Positions 18,924 to 31,620 are shown, counted from the first letter of the stretch. The stretch: 64,000 nucleotides of DNA from Candidatus Krumholzibacteriota bacterium (GCA_016932415.1 JAFGCX010000031.1:3486-67485), one strand, 5' to 3'. Notes: a model not told the origin generated them from the letters alone. Translations and numbers: made by a program.

Positions 18924-21083
18924 ATGATGAAATTCGATCTTAATCCGCGGCAGAAGGAAGCAGTGCTATCCACTGATGGATACTATCTTATTCTCGCCGG
19001 CGCGGGAAGCGGGAAAACAAGGGTCCTGACTGAAAGGATCGCCTACCTGATAAGAGAAAAAAATGTATCTCCGGAAAGGATCCTCGCCTTCACCTTCACT
19101 AATAAAGCGGCCGGAGAGATGCGAGCCCGCGTTGAAAGATCCCTTTCGCAAAGAAAAATTCCTTTCTGGGTCTCCACGTTCCATTCTACGGGGCTGAAAA
19201 TATTACGGAAAGAGGCGAACAGGATCGGGTTCAGGAACAATTTCGCGATATATGACGAGGATGATTCGATCAGGTTGATCAAGGATATCATCAGGAAGAA
19301 AAACTGGAATCTCGATGAATATCCGCCTTCGATCGTCCGGAACAGGATCTCCGCGTGGAAGAACAGTCTTGTCACTCCCGACGAAGCGGTCGAGACAGCC
19401 ATCGACGGTATTGAAGAGCTTCAGGCAAAGGTCTATCTTGCCTATGACATCGAACTGAAGAGATCCAATTCCTTTGATTTTGACGATCTGATAACCAGGG
19501 TCGTCGAACTCTTTACCGCCCATCCAAAGATAAGGGAAAGGTATGCCAGGCAATTCAAGTACGTCCTCGTTGACGAGTTCCAGGATACCAACACGATCCA
19601 GATGATGATGATCGATATGCTCGCGTCGAAGAACAGGAACCTGTTTGTCGTCGGAGACGACGATCAGGCTATCTATGGATGGCGGGGGGCGACGATCGAG
19701 AATATACTCCAGTTCGACAGGCTGTATGAAGGGACCGTAACGATCCGCCTCGAGGAGAATTATCGCTCTACAAACAATATTCTGTCCGCTTCCAACGCTG
19801 TCATATCGAATAATCTCGATCGCAAAGGGAAGAAGCTCTGGTCAAAAAAGGGTGATGGTGAAAAAGTACGGACAGTCTACGCGTCTGATGACAGGGGAGA
19901 GGCCCTCGCGGTAAGGGAAGCCGTGATGAGATTGATAAGGAACGGATACAGGAGGGATGAGATAGCAGTCCTCTACAGGACTCACGCCCAGTCAAGGGCG
20001 CTCGAAACGGCAATGATAAGGGGAGGGCTCCCATACCAGATAATCGGAGGAGTTAGGTTCTATGAGAGAAAAGAAATAAAAGACCTTCTCGGGTATCTGA
20101 AACTGGTCAACAATCCTGATGACAACCTTAATTTCAAGCGAGTGATAAATGTCCCGAAGAGAGGTATTGGAAACGTTACGATAGAAAGGATAGAGGAAGA
20201 AGCGGGGGACGGGAGTCTTCTGCCGGCAATCATATCGGGTGAGATACTCGACAGGTTTTCCTCATCCCAGAGGAAGCGTATAGAAGAATTTTCAAAACTG
20301 ATTTCAGTAATGCGATTAAGGGCCAAAAACGACACGGCTTATGAAATACTGTCATATCTAATAGAAACAATTGGATACAGAGAATACTTAAAGGAAGATA
20401 TCAAGACTGCGCAGGTGAGGCTGGAGAATGTAGAGGAATTGCTCAACGAGACGAAGAGATTCGCCGCTGTCTCGGATGACCCCTCGCTACCCGCATTTCT
20501 CGAGGAGATAGCTCTGATAAGCAATGTCGATTCGATGAGAGATGAAGACAAAATCGCTCTTATGACCCTTCACAATTCGAAAGGCCTCGAATACAGATCA
20601 GTGATGATCACGGGGCTCGAGGAAGGCCTGTTACCGCATTTCTCGTCTTTTGATGACGAGAGGGAGATGGAAGAGGAAAGAAGGCTTTTTTACGTCGGAA
20701 TGACAAGGGCGAAAGAGGAATTATATCTTTTCTGCGCGGCAAGCAGGATGCAATTCGGCAACTGGAACGACAACCGACCTTCCAGGTTTCTCGAAGAGAT
20801 CCCTGAAAAGTATAAGGAGATAACCGGCGTAAACCGGCAGATCGAAGGAGGGGGCGATATTTTCAGGCAGGTAGATCAGATCGAATCGCTGGAACGCGGT
20901 GAGGACAGGATAAGCAATGACAGCAGGTTCAGAGTAGGGGTCTCGATCTCTCATCCATCATTCGGCGAAGGGACGATAAAGAAGGTGGAAGGGACGGGGA
21001 TGGAGATGAGAGTGACCGTTCACTTCACCGGATTCGGGCAGAAGAAATTCCTGGCTCATTACGCGCCATTCAGGTTCAATTAA
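18924..21083 (+). CDS. uvrD: ATP-dependent DNA helicase, UvrD/PcrA family
   Basis: LNPRQKEAV...ILAGAGSGKTRVLTERIAYL...FTNKAAGEM...VLVDEFQDTN...VVGDDDQAIYGWRGA...YRST...TLHNSKGLEY...LFYVGMTRAKE. Start taken at MMKFDL (18924). Confidence 0.9.
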   Translation: MMKFDLNPRQKEAVLSTDGYYLILAGAGSGKTRVLTERIAYLIREKNVSPERILAFTFTNKAAGEMRARVERSLSQRKIPFWVSTFHSTGLKILRKEANRIGFRNNFAIYDEDDSIRLIKDIIRKKNWNLDEYPPSIVRNRISAWKNSLVTPDEAVETAIDGIEELQAKVYLAYDIELKRSNSFDFDDLITRVVELFTAHPKIRERYARQFKYVLVDEFQDTNTIQMMMIDMLASKNRNLFVVGDDDQAIYGWRGATIENILQFDRLYEGTVTIRLEENYRSTNNILSASNAVISNNLDRKGKKLWSKKGDGEKVRTVYASDDRGEALAVREAVMRLIRNGYRRDEIAVLYRTHAQSRALETAMIRGGLPYQIIGGVRFYERKEIKDLLGYLKLVNNPDDNLNFKRVINVPKRGIGNVTIERIEEEAGDGSLLPAIISGEILDRFSSSQRKRIEEFSKLISVMRLRAKNDTAYEILSYLIETIGYREYLKEDIKTAQVRLENVEELLNETKRFAAVSDDPSLPAFLEEIALISNVDSMRDEDKIALMTLHNSKGLEYRSVMITGLEEGLLPHFSSFDDEREMEEERRLFYVGMTRAKEELYLFCAASRMQFGNWNDNRPSRFLEEIPEKYKEITGVNRQIEGGGDIFRQVDQIESLERGEDRISNDSRFRVGVSISHPSFGEGTIKKVEGTGMEMRVTVHFTGFGQKKFLAHYAPFRFN

Positions 21084-21167
21084 AAGAAGAATAAGGCGAG
21101 AGACCGGGATATGATGATCACTCCGCGCTCTTTTTCCGAAGATGATGCCTCACAGCTCCACGGTCGT

Positions 21168-23192
21168 TTAAAACCGTCTGTCTGGCCGGATTCTTTCCCT
21201 CAGCCGTCTGAATGAATCTTTCGATCTTTGATCAGGCGCGGCTGTTTCCGCTTCTTCCAGCAGCTCGACGGCTTTTTCAGGACTATGTGTTGCCAACAGG
21301 CACCGGGTCATTCCAAGGATAAGAGAATTGTAACTCGAACTCCTCACTACGGGGAAATTGAAAGCGAGTTGATACGAGGCGATAGCCTGCCTGTAATAAC
21401 CGAACGCTTCATAGTTAAGACCGAGATCGAGATAGAAAAGCTCCTCGCTTCCCGTTGCCAGGTCACCGGAAAGACTGAGTAAAGAAGGGAACTCGATCTC
21501 TTTCCTGCGCGAGAATTCCCGATGGTGGCGAGTGCTCCTGAATATCGTCAGAACGGGGCCGCTGGAAGCATCTTCCGCGCTTTTAAATACGATATCATAG
21601 TCTCTGGCCAGAGCAACGTAAAAAGCGTTCTGCTTTGAATATCTGGCCGGATCTTTCATATACCTCGAACAGACAGAACTGCTTGTGATTATTATATCGG
21701 CCATCCTGTAGAGAGAAAGGTCATAAAAACTCTCAGAACGTTCCGACACGGACTGGAACATCGGTATCGGAAGCAGAGCGTAATCGACGCGGCCGCCGAT
21801 CCTTTCGAGGATCATCTTTCTGACCTTTTCCGGCTGGGCCGCGATCACCTGCGGTTTTATAAACTCCGGGCCGTAAGCTTCAGTCACAATAAACGAACCA
21901 CTGGGAATATTCTCTCTGATCCATTCTTTCGCGATCGTTCGGTTATCCGGCCGGTATTTCTGAATATGCTCCGGACAGGAAGCGGCTATCGGAAAGGCGA
22001 TCAGGAAAGAGAGGACAGACAGGGTGGAAAATCTGATCAACCGGGACAGTCTGGCCGTGAATATATACCGGTATGTCCCGGCGATCGCTGCCGAGGCAAA
22101 GATCAGCAGCAGCGGCAGGACGGGAAGGAGATATCTGTCCGCTTTCATCGACCAGGAGGATATTACCAGTAAATAAGGCAACGCGAATGAGGCGAATATT
22201 ATCGAATTTTTATCGCGAATCCTGACCGCAAAGTAAAAGATGGCCGAGATCGAAAGAAAGAGAAGCGGCCATCCGGGCAACAGGCCGGGTAGCGAGCCGG
22301 CGTAGAATCTCAGCGATGACGTACTTTCGAGGCCAAAATGTCCGGATTGCATATGCTGACGCTCAAGGGAGATATCCTTCCAGAACTCCGGCCAGTCGAG
22401 GACGGTATATGGAGAGGTGATTATGAAGACGGCGATGGCTGTTGCCGACACGAGAAGGAGGGACCTGATGATGGAAGAGACGCTTTGATGTTTTGATCCT
22501 ATCGCGGCGCGATCTTCACTCTTGTCAAAAAAAGCCGCGGCATGGACTGCCAGGAGCGGAATAAAAAGAAGCGCCGCCGTGTATTTCGTCGATATCGCCA
22601 GACCGGTAAATATCCCCGTGATTATCCTGACGCGGAAGCTGTCGCTTTTCAACAGTCTCGTCATCAGGATCAGGGACGCCGTGATGAAGAAGGTCAGTGG
22701 AATGTCTACTTCGATCAGCTGTGATTTGGAGATATGGAATGTGTTGAGTGCGAGAAGGATCGCTGAAATGATCCCGGCCGTTCTGCCGGCGAGTATCCGG
22801 CCGGCATGGAAGACCGCCGCTATCGTGGCGACACCGAACAGTGCTCCCACCGCGCGACCGGCATAGTAAAAGAGAGTCTTGTCGATTATATAGGCTGCCT
22901 GGAAATGGGCGGTTGATGAGATGATACCGGAGATCTTCATTGACAGAAAGAGTATCCCCTGGACCGCGAAATGGAGGTAGATCATAAGACCGGGATAATT
23001 AAAGAAATGTGGATTGAGATCAGGCGTCCTTCCGGTTCCCCAGCCCCACATCTCCCACGCTTTGATCAGCGGCGTCGCTTCCTCATATATCTCGGGCAGG
23101 GCCCAGCCCAGCCCCAGGAATCTAAAGACTGTTCCGGAGATCAGGACTATAAAAAGGACAGGGATATTCTTTTCAAGAAATAAGCGTTTCAT
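21168..23192 (-). CDS. GT-C fold membrane glycosyltransferase (ArnT/PMT-like, GT39/83-type) with C-terminal TPR-like region
   Basis: About 12 predicted TM segments with the family-typical N-terminal layout. The soluble C-terminal about 200 aa contains TPR-like helices (YEAFGYYRQAIASYQLAF). Confidence 0.6.
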   Translation of the reverse strand: MKRLFLEKNIPVLFIVLISGTVFRFLGLGWALPEIYEEATPLIKAWEMWGWGTGRTPDLNPHFFNYPGLMIYLHFAVQGILFLSMKISGIISSTAHFQAAYIIDKTLFYYAGRAVGALFGVATIAAVFHAGRILAGRTAGIISAILLALNTFHISKSQLIEVDIPLTFFITASLILMTRLLKSDSFRVRIITGIFTGLAISTKYTAALLFIPLLAVHAAAFFDKSEDRAAIGSKHQSVSSIIRSLLLVSATAIAVFIITSPYTVLDWPEFWKDISLERQHMQSGHFGLESTSSLRFYAGSLPGLLPGWPLLFLSISAIFYFAVRIRDKNSIIFASFALPYLLVISSWSMKADRYLLPVLPLLLIFASAAIAGTYRYIFTARLSRLIRFSTLSVLSFLIAFPIAASCPEHIQKYRPDNRTIAKEWIRENIPSGSFIVTEAYGPEFIKPQVIAAQPEKVRKMILERIGGRVDYALLPIPMFQSVSERSESFYDLSLYRMADIIITSSSVCSRYMKDPARYSKQNAFYVALARDYDIVFKSAEDASSGPVLTIFRSTRHHREFSRRKEIEFPSLLSLSGDLATGSEELFYLDLGLNYEAFGYYRQAIASYQLAFNFPVVRSSSYNSLILGMTRCLLATHSPEKAVELLEEAETAAPDQRSKDSFRRLRERIRPDRRF

Positions 23193-23205
23193 ATTATCCG
23201 CACGC

Positions 23206-24240
23206 TCACGGCCTGAGATCCTCTATAAACGAAGCGTCTATCCAGTATATCCCCGCGGATCCGCCGCCCGGTTCACTTGACATCCTTATCATAAGGTCGC
23301 GCGTCATGCCCCCATCGGGATGTTCGAATTCCTTTTTCATCCTTGCCGACATAAAAAATAAATATTTTCCATCGGGGGATATATACGCGGAATGTTCACG
23401 CCCTCCTGGCGTGTTGACCTTCGCGCCCATATTGACAAGGTCGGACCATGTGTCATCGGGATCGCGGAAACTTATGAAATAATCATCCCCGCCGAGTCCG
23501 TCTTCTCTGCCCGCGACCGGGACGATAATGAAATCCTCATCGGGAGATATGAAAGCGTTATACTGAGCCGAAGTGGAATTGACGTTTTCCGGGAGCTTCT
23601 CCGCTTCGGTATATTTTCCATCAATGAGCCGTGATCTGAAGATGTAGCTCGACCTGCCCTCGTTACGCGTAAAATAGAGCGTACCATCCCTTGTAATCGA
23701 TGGAAAGAATTCAGCCGCTTCAGTCGTGATCGGAGGCCCGGGCGTGTAAGGTTCGCTCCACGAATCGCCGATCCTGTCCATCATCCATATATTCTGGCTT
23801 CCCGCGGCGATCCCGTTCGCCGAGTCAGGTCTGGTGGACAGAAACATGAATCTGCTTCCGTCGGGAGAGATGGCAGGTTCAGCGTCCATATAATCGGGAT
23901 TTCCCGAGAAAGAGGCGACTTCCGGTTTTGTCCAGACTCCGTTGATATTCTTCGTACAGAGGATCTGGGTTATCCTGTAGAACCCGACAATAGCGGTGAA
24001 ATATATCTCTTTTCCGTCCGGAGTCATGGCGATATCCCTCGTGAAGAGCCCTGTCGTCACAAGCCCCGGCGCGAACAGTTCAGGTTCGAGTCCGGGCGTG
24101 TCCTGTCCGAGATACTCGCCCGTAAGAACGGGAAACGTCTGGTCTCCGGACGAACGAGGACCGTCAGAGCAACCAGAAAGCATTATAAAAATGACCGGTA
24201 CGACAGTGAGGGTCGATTTCAGTATCGAGGAAAGACGCAT
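23206..24240 (-). CDS. PD40/TolB-like beta-propeller lipoprotein
   Basis: Start ATG 24240 preceded by GGAGG. Lipobox MLSGC. Repeated PD40 blades (TPDGKEIYFT, SPDGSRFMFLSTRPD, TRDGTLYFTRNEG, SPDGKYLFFMSAR). Confidence 0.7.
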   Translation of the reverse strand: MRLSSILKSTLTVVPVIFIMLSGCSDGPRSSGDQTFPVLTGEYLGQDTPGLEPELFAPGLVTTGLFTRDIAMTPDGKEIYFTAIVGFYRITQILCTKNINGVWTKPEVASFSGNPDYMDAEPAISPDGSRFMFLSTRPDSANGIAAGSQNIWMMDRIGDSWSEPYTPGPPITTEAAEFFPSITRDGTLYFTRNEGRSSYIFRSRLIDGKYTEAEKLPENVNSTSAQYNAFISPDEDFIIVPVAGREDGLGGDDYFISFRDPDDTWSDLVNMGAKVNTPGGREHSAYISPDGKYLFFMSARMKKEFEHPDGGMTRDLMIRMSSEPGGGSAGIYWIDASFIEDLRP

Positions 24241-24348
24241 CAGACATACCTCCGCTAAAAAGAGATGACAGCCAACGGGCAGGCGGGCATGAGAATTATA
24301 CATCAGGCCAGGCGACCGGGCAACAGTGATCTTGAAAGGCCGCCGGGA

Positions 24349-24870
24349 TCAGCTGTCCAGGAACTCGAAATACTCGAGCTCCCTGAAATGGAATAACCGC
24401 GCGAGGATAAGATCAGGAAAACTGCTGATCAGCGTATTGTACCGCATCACTATATCGTTGTAGATCTGCCTGGAGAACCTTATTTTTTCCTCCGTCTCCT
24501 TCAGTTCATCCTGTAGCCTGATAAAATTACCACTGGCTTTGAGTGATGGATACTGTTCCTTCAGGGCGATGAGTGATTTCAATGACTTCGACAGATTATT
24601 TTCCTTTCCAGTCCTCTCTTTCTGCCTGGCGGCGACAGCTTCAGAACGGCTTTTCGTGACTTCATCGAAGACTCTGGCTTCGTGAGCGGCGTATCCCTTC
24701 ACGATCTCGACGATATCAGGGATCAGCTGATGCCTGCGTTTAAGCTGTATATCGATCTGGGATGCGGCGTTTGAGCACCTGTTTCTGTATTTTACAAACC
24801 GGTTAAAGACTATCGCTATCCATACGAAAAGGGACGCGGCGGCAATCGAATAAATATAGATCCGGGTCAT
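24349..24870 (-). CDS. lemA: LemA family protein
   Basis: N-terminal TM, then IDIQLKRRHQLIPDIVEIVKGYAAHEARVFDEVTKSR...LKASGNFIRLQDEL...RQIYNDIVMRYNT, the typical LemA pattern. Confidence 0.85.
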   Translation of the reverse strand: MTRIYIYSIAAASLFVWIAIVFNRFVKYRNRCSNAASQIDIQLKRRHQLIPDIVEIVKGYAAHEARVFDEVTKSRSEAVAARQKERTGKENNLSKSLKSLIALKEQYPSLKASGNFIRLQDELKETEEKIRFSRQIYNDIVMRYNTLISSFPDLILARLFHFRELEYFEFLDS

Positions 24871-24933
24871 AACAGTTCACTTCCTGACTTTATCGATCAG
24901 CTTGCTGTATCCTCGAGCAATATCTCACGAATA

Positions 24934-26895
<1,962 letters not shown>

Positions 26896-27100
26896 GATTC
26901 CTCCAGGTTTATATGTGTATGCTAAAATCCCTATGCCAGGCGATTATCAAATGCCCTACCGAATATCTATACAATATAAGATAGATAATATTCAAGGAAA
27001 TGATACTATCGACCTGCGGAGTTGACATGTGGAGGTCAAACTTGATAGCTTCTGGAAGATCGGCAGAAAAAAGAGGAAGTTCTTCAAGATAGAGGTACAA

Positions 27101-27394
27101 ATGAGCCTGTCGGAAAAAGAACTGGAACACCTTCAGGACCTGGCGAGAATAAAACTTGATCCTGAACTGAGGGAGAAATTCCGGTTTCAGCTTGATTCGA
27201 TAATAAGATTTGTCGACGAACTCGGCAATATCGATCTTTCTCCGCGCGAAGAAGACGGACCTGACGGCATCGATCCGCGCAGCCTTCGAGAGGATATGCC
27301 AGGAGAGAGCCTTAAAAGAAAGACGATCCTTGAGGAAGCTCCCGAGAGTGACGGAAAATATTTCAACGTACCGCCCGTTCTCGACACTGAATAG
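27101..27394 (+). CDS. gatC: Asp/Glu-tRNA amidotransferase subunit C
   Basis: MSLSEKELEHLQDLARIKLDPEL...F..LDSIIRFVDEL. Start taken at ATG 27101, inside track ORF 27029..27394. Confidence 0.85.
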   Translation: MSLSEKELEHLQDLARIKLDPELREKFRFQLDSIIRFVDELGNIDLSPREEDGPDGIDPRSLREDMPGESLKRKTILEEAPESDGKYFNVPPVLDTE

Positions 27395-27415
27395 CGACCA
27401 GTACGAAAGAACAAT

Positions 27416-28876
27416 ATGTCGAATATCACCGATTTAAGTATAAGCGATCTCCAGCGCCTCTGCCGGGACAGGAAAATAGGTCCTGTCGAAGTTGTGAAAG
27501 CATATCTCGAAGAGATAGATTCAAAAGAACCTATCGTCAAAGCTTTTCTGGAAGTCTACCACGAATCGTCGATAAAGCGGGCGAGAGAGCTCGAAGTCGC
27601 GCGACCGGATAATATGCCTCTCTACGGAGTCCCCATAGCCTTGAAAGATAATATATGCATGAAGGACAGGTTGCTTACCTGCGGTTCGAGGATATTACGG
27701 CACTACAGATCTCCCTATAACGCGACGGTCGTAAAGAGGCTGATTGAAGCGGGAGCGGTGATCATTGGTAAAACAAACCTCGATGAATTCGCGATGGGTT
27801 CCTCGACGGAAAATTCCGCTTTCCAGGTCACAAAAAACCCATGGAACGAGGAATGCGCGCCGGGTGGATCAAGCGGGGGATCGGCGGCAGCAGTCGCGTC
27901 GGGAATGGTTCCGGCAGCCCTTGGGTCGGATACCGGTGGTTCGATAAGACAGCCAGCCGCTTTCTGCGGCATCACGGGATTAAAGGGGACGTACGGGAGG
28001 GTCTCAAGATACGGACTGGCAGCTTTTGCAAGTTCGCTCGATCAGATCGGGCCTCTGGCGAGGGATGTAGATGATTGCGCCCTTATAATGGAAGTAATAT
28101 CGGGCCATGATCCGAAAGACGCCAGTACGATCGGTGGACCTTCTCCGGGGCTTATCCATTCCATCGATCAGGGAATCAAAGGTATGAAGATCGCCATACC
28201 AGCCGGGATAGTGAAATGGGAAGTGGAAAAACCGATACTTGATTTCCTCGACGAGGCGGTCCGGATGATGCGGGGAGAAGGCGCTACGATAGATGAGACG
28301 GCACTTCCCGGTATGGAAACGTCGATAGCCTGTTATTATATCCTGGCAACCGCGGAAGCTTCTTCCAATCTTGCCCGGTATGACGGCGTAAAGTACGGGA
28401 TGAGGGTCGAAAGCCAGTCGCTTCAGGAGATGTACGAAAATACGAGGGGAGAAGGCCTCGGTGATGAAGTACAGAGGAGGATATTGCTGGGCACTTATGT
28501 ACTCTCCTCCGGTTATTACGAAGCTTACTACGGAAAAGCTAAGAGGGTGAAGGAGATGATTCGGGCCAGCTACGGAAAACTATTCGAAAAATATGACCTG
28601 ATCGTCATGCCGACGACCCCGTCGACGGCTTTCAGGCTGGGCGAGAAAGTCGACGATCCGGTTTCGATGTATCTCTCGGATATATTTACCGCCTGGGTCA
28701 ATATAGCAGGCCTCCCGGCAGTCTCGATCCCGGCAGGTCTATCTGATGACGGGTTGCCTGTCGGTATCCAGTTGATCGCCCCAACGGGAGAAGAGGTCCA
28801 ATTAATGAAAGCAGCCAAATCGCTCGAAAGATCATTCCGTTTCCGCCAGAGGTTTCTGCCCCGGTCGTTAGTGTGA
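27416..28876 (+). CDS. gatA: Asp/Glu-tRNA amidotransferase subunit A
   Basis: Amidase signature GGSSGGSAAAVASG...GSDTGGSIRQPAAFCG. Sits in gatC-gatA-gatB order. Confidence 0.95.
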   Translation: MSNITDLSISDLQRLCRDRKIGPVEVVKAYLEEIDSKEPIVKAFLEVYHESSIKRARELEVARPDNMPLYGVPIALKDNICMKDRLLTCGSRILRHYRSPYNATVVKRLIEAGAVIIGKTNLDEFAMGSSTENSAFQVTKNPWNEECAPGGSSGGSAAAVASGMVPAALGSDTGGSIRQPAAFCGITGLKGTYGRVSRYGLAAFASSLDQIGPLARDVDDCALIMEVISGHDPKDASTIGGPSPGLIHSIDQGIKGMKIAIPAGIVKWEVEKPILDFLDEAVRMMRGEGATIDETALPGMETSIACYYILATAEASSNLARYDGVKYGMRVESQSLQEMYENTRGEGLGDEVQRRILLGTYVLSSGYYEAYYGKAKRVKEMIRASYGKLFEKYDLIVMPTTPSTAFRLGEKVDDPVSMYLSDIFTAWVNIAGLPAVSIPAGLSDDGLPVGIQLIAPTGEEVQLMKAAKSLERSFRFRQRFLPRSLV

Positions 28877-28888
28877 CGGGAGAAGTAT

Positions 28889-30331
28889 ATGTCCGCTGAA
28901 AAATATGAAGTCGTCATCGGATTGGAAGTCCACGCGCAGCTTAATACGAAGAGTAAAATATTCTGCGACTGCAGGGCCGAATTCGGAGAGAGGCCAAACA
29001 CTCTGACATGCCCGGTGTGTCTGGGGCTTCCCGGCGCCCTGCCGGTGCTGAACAGGGATGCGGTGCTTAAATGTGTCAGGCTCGGTCAGGCGCTCGGGTG
29101 TGACATCTCCCCGGTAAGCGAATTTGCCAGAAAAAACTACTTTTATCCGGATTGCCCGAAGAATTACCAGATCTCGATGTACGATCGTCCATTGTGCAAA
29201 AACGGATCGGTAGTGATCGAAACGGATGGAAATACGAAAAAGATCGGGATAGAGAGGATCCATCTCGAAGAGGACGCGGGAAAACTCGTTCATGGGATAG
29301 ATGGACATAGCGGGATCGATTTCAACCGCTCCGGGATCCCATTGGCAGAGATAGTGACGAGACCGGAGATCAGCTCGGCGCCGGAGGCTGTGGAATTCCT
29401 CCGCCACCTCAGGCAGACAGTGCGATACCTCGATATCTGCGATGGTGACCTGGAGAAAGGATCGCTCAGGTGCGACGTAAACATCTCGATCATGCCGGGC
29501 GGTTCGAAGACACATGGGACCAGAACGGAAATAAAAAACCTTAATTCATTCAGAGCGGTCAAGGCGGGCATAGAGTTCGAGATAGAGAGACAGAAAGATC
29601 TCATAGAGAGTGGGCGGAAGATAACCAAGGTGACCCAGTTATGGGATGAATCGGAAAAAAGACTCATCCAGATGAGGGGAAAGGAAGAAACGAGCGATTA
29701 CAGATATTTCCCTGAACCTGACCTTCCGCCTGTCATGGTGGATGAGTTTTTCATAAGAGAGGCCGAAGCTGAGATGCCTGAACTTCCCGATGAGAAGAAA
29801 AGAAGGTTCATCGAGGATTATCTGCTCTCCGAATATGAAGCCGGGGTTCTTACCGTGGAGAAGGGGTTGGCTGACTATTACGAAGCGCTGGTCGAGGAGA
29901 CCCGCGATCCGAAGACGAGCTGCCACTGGGTGATGAGGGAGATACTCGGCGAATTGAATGAATCTGCGATCGCAATCGAGGAATTTTCCCTGACACCAGT
30001 GATGATCGCCGAACTTATCAGCCTGGCGGAGCGAGGCGTGATAAACGCTCCCGTAGCCCGCGAAGTATTCCTGGAGATGAAGTCGTCGGGAAGATCAGCC
30101 ACCGAGATCGTAAGTGAGAGAAACCTGGAACAGATCAGTTCACCGGACGAACTGGAGGTCATGGTCGATCAGGTGATCGCTGACAATCAGGAGGAAGTCG
30201 AGCGATTCAGAAACGGCAATCCCAGGCTTCTCGGATTTTTTATTGGAGAGGCGATGAATAAGAGCGGAGGAAAAGCCAATCCACGGCTCCTCAATGAGAT
30301 CTTCCTTAAAAAACTCCAGGATCCAGATTGA
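28889..30331 (+). CDS. gatB: Asp/Glu-tRNA amidotransferase subunit B
   Basis: YEVVIGLEVHAQL.TKSKIFC...PGALPVLN...ERIHLEEDAGK...RCDVNISI, with a C-terminal YqeY-like domain. Confidence 0.95.
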   Translation: MSAEKYEVVIGLEVHAQLNTKSKIFCDCRAEFGERPNTLTCPVCLGLPGALPVLNRDAVLKCVRLGQALGCDISPVSEFARKNYFYPDCPKNYQISMYDRPLCKNGSVVIETDGNTKKIGIERIHLEEDAGKLVHGIDGHSGIDFNRSGIPLAEIVTRPEISSAPEAVEFLRHLRQTVRYLDICDGDLEKGSLRCDVNISIMPGGSKTHGTRTEIKNLNSFRAVKAGIEFEIERQKDLIESGRKITKVTQLWDESEKRLIQMRGKEETSDYRYFPEPDLPPVMVDEFFIREAEAEMPELPDEKKRRFIEDYLLSEYEAGVLTVEKGLADYYEALVEETRDPKTSCHWVMREILGELNESAIAIEEFSLTPVMIAELISLAERGVINAPVAREVFLEMKSSGRSATEIVSERNLEQISSPDELEVMVDQVIADNQEEVERFRNGNPRLLGFFIGEAMNKSGGKANPRLLNEIFLKKLQDPD

Positions 30332-30346
30332 AAAAAATGACCGGGA

Positions 30347-30940
30347 TCAATCCTGAAGGATCATCTTCGTCATGCGGAAGAAGACGACAACGATGGTCAG
30401 CGACATGAGGGCGGATATGGAAATTATCAATGTCTGATCCATCTCACCCGATCTCATGACGAGAGAACCGGTATCCTCGATAAATTTTGTGACGGCAGAG
30501 CAATACCGGGCCAATGCCGCTGAAAGGCTTGCCGTAATAGATTCGATCCCGTTACCGGTCAGACGATCGACAAGAGATGCATATTCCGAGGATAGCCGAA
30601 GCAGGACAGATTCTACGTCCCTCCGAAAAATCGATACCGCGGTGGCGGATAAAGCTATAAGAGCAGGCATAAGGAAGGGAAGACGGAAGATTGCCGACAG
30701 GGAAGCTTTTTTCTTTCCGATGTTCAATCGATCAAGCACCGATGATGAAATGACAGAGAGATCGGGCAATTCGCCGCTGAGAGCCTCGAGTGATGATTCG
30801 AGTTCGATATACCGGCCCAGGGCCATCGCGCAGCTCTCGCAGGTCCCGATATGATCTTTCACTGCCTTTGTCTCGGATACTGAAAGGTCTCCATCGATGT
30901 AGCGGGGCAGTATCTCTTCGAATTTCCGGCAATCATCCAT
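30347..30940 (-). CDS. Anti-sigma factor, zf-HC2 type, membrane-spanning
   Basis: MDDCRKFEE...HIGTCESC (H-x3-C-x2-C) and two TM segments. ATG 30940 is preceded by GAAGGAGAG and overlaps the sigma gene stop by 8 nt. Confidence 0.75.
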   Translation of the reverse strand: MDDCRKFEEILPRYIDGDLSVSETKAVKDHIGTCESCAMALGRYIELESSLEALSGELPDLSVISSSVLDRLNIGKKKASLSAIFRLPFLMPALIALSATAVSIFRRDVESVLLRLSSEYASLVDRLTGNGIESITASLSAALARYCSAVTKFIEDTGSLVMRSGEMDQTLIISISALMSLTIVVVFFRMTKMILQD

Positions 30941-31520
30941 TCCGGTCTCTCCTTCGATCATACTCGCTCTGATGTGAAAACATATCCTTCAATTCATTCC
31001 GGGCCCTGTGAAGATATGTCTTAACCGTTCCTATCGGGATCTCCATGATCTCGGATATCTCGATATATGATTTTTCCGCGAGGTACCTCAATTCGATCAC
31101 TTCCCTGTATTTACCATCAAGCCTGGCGATAAGGCCGCGAATCTCGGCAGAATCCTGCCGGGCCAGGAATACCCTGTCGGGGCGCTGATTCGACGGCCCG
31201 GAAAGATCGATGGTATCGACCGGCACTGTCTCGGGCCTTTTTTTTCCCCTGGCGTTGAAAGATTCGTTTCTGGCGATCGTATATATCCAGGTCGATAATC
31301 TCGAGTCTCCACGGAACCGGGAGAGTCCGCGATATATTTTAATGAAAATATCCTGGACGAGATCATCGATGTCGTCGCTGTTTCCGATGACCGATCTGAC
31401 CGCTGAATATACGACCGGGGCATGTTTTTCAATAATCGCACGAAAAGCTCTTTCACTTCCGTTAAGCGATTTTTTGACCAGTTCATTATCATCGGCACCT
31501 TTCAAAACCCGGTTCTCCAT
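30933..31520 (-). CDS. ECF-type RNA polymerase sigma factor (sigma-70 group 4)
   Basis: Region 2 (DDIDDLVQDIFIKIYRGLSRFRGDSRLSTWIYTIARNE) and region 4 (REVIELRYLAEKSYIEISEIMEIPIGTVKTYLHRAR). Confidence 0.9.
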   Translation of the reverse strand: MENRVLKGADDNELVKKSLNGSERAFRAIIEKHAPVVYSAVRSVIGNSDDIDDLVQDIFIKIYRGLSRFRGDSRLSTWIYTIARNESFNARGKKRPETVPVDTIDLSGPSNQRPDRVFLARQDSAEIRGLIARLDGKYREVIELRYLAEKSYIEISEIMEIPIGTVKTYLHRARNELKDMFSHQSEYDRRRDRNG

Positions 31521-31620
31521 AACAGTATGACATTATAAACCCAGGAAATGTTTCATTAATCTAATGATATTCACAATAATGACACAAAAAACAGAAAAAT
31601 CATAAACAATCCGATTATTC

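Noticed and set aside
27022-27050. TTGACA hexamer upstream of gatC, and a near-palindrome GTTGACATGTGGAGGTCAAAC.
   Set aside because: At 17-18 nt spacing there is no acceptable -10 (ATAGCT/TAGCTT), and the palindrome is imperfect. The evidence is insufficient.
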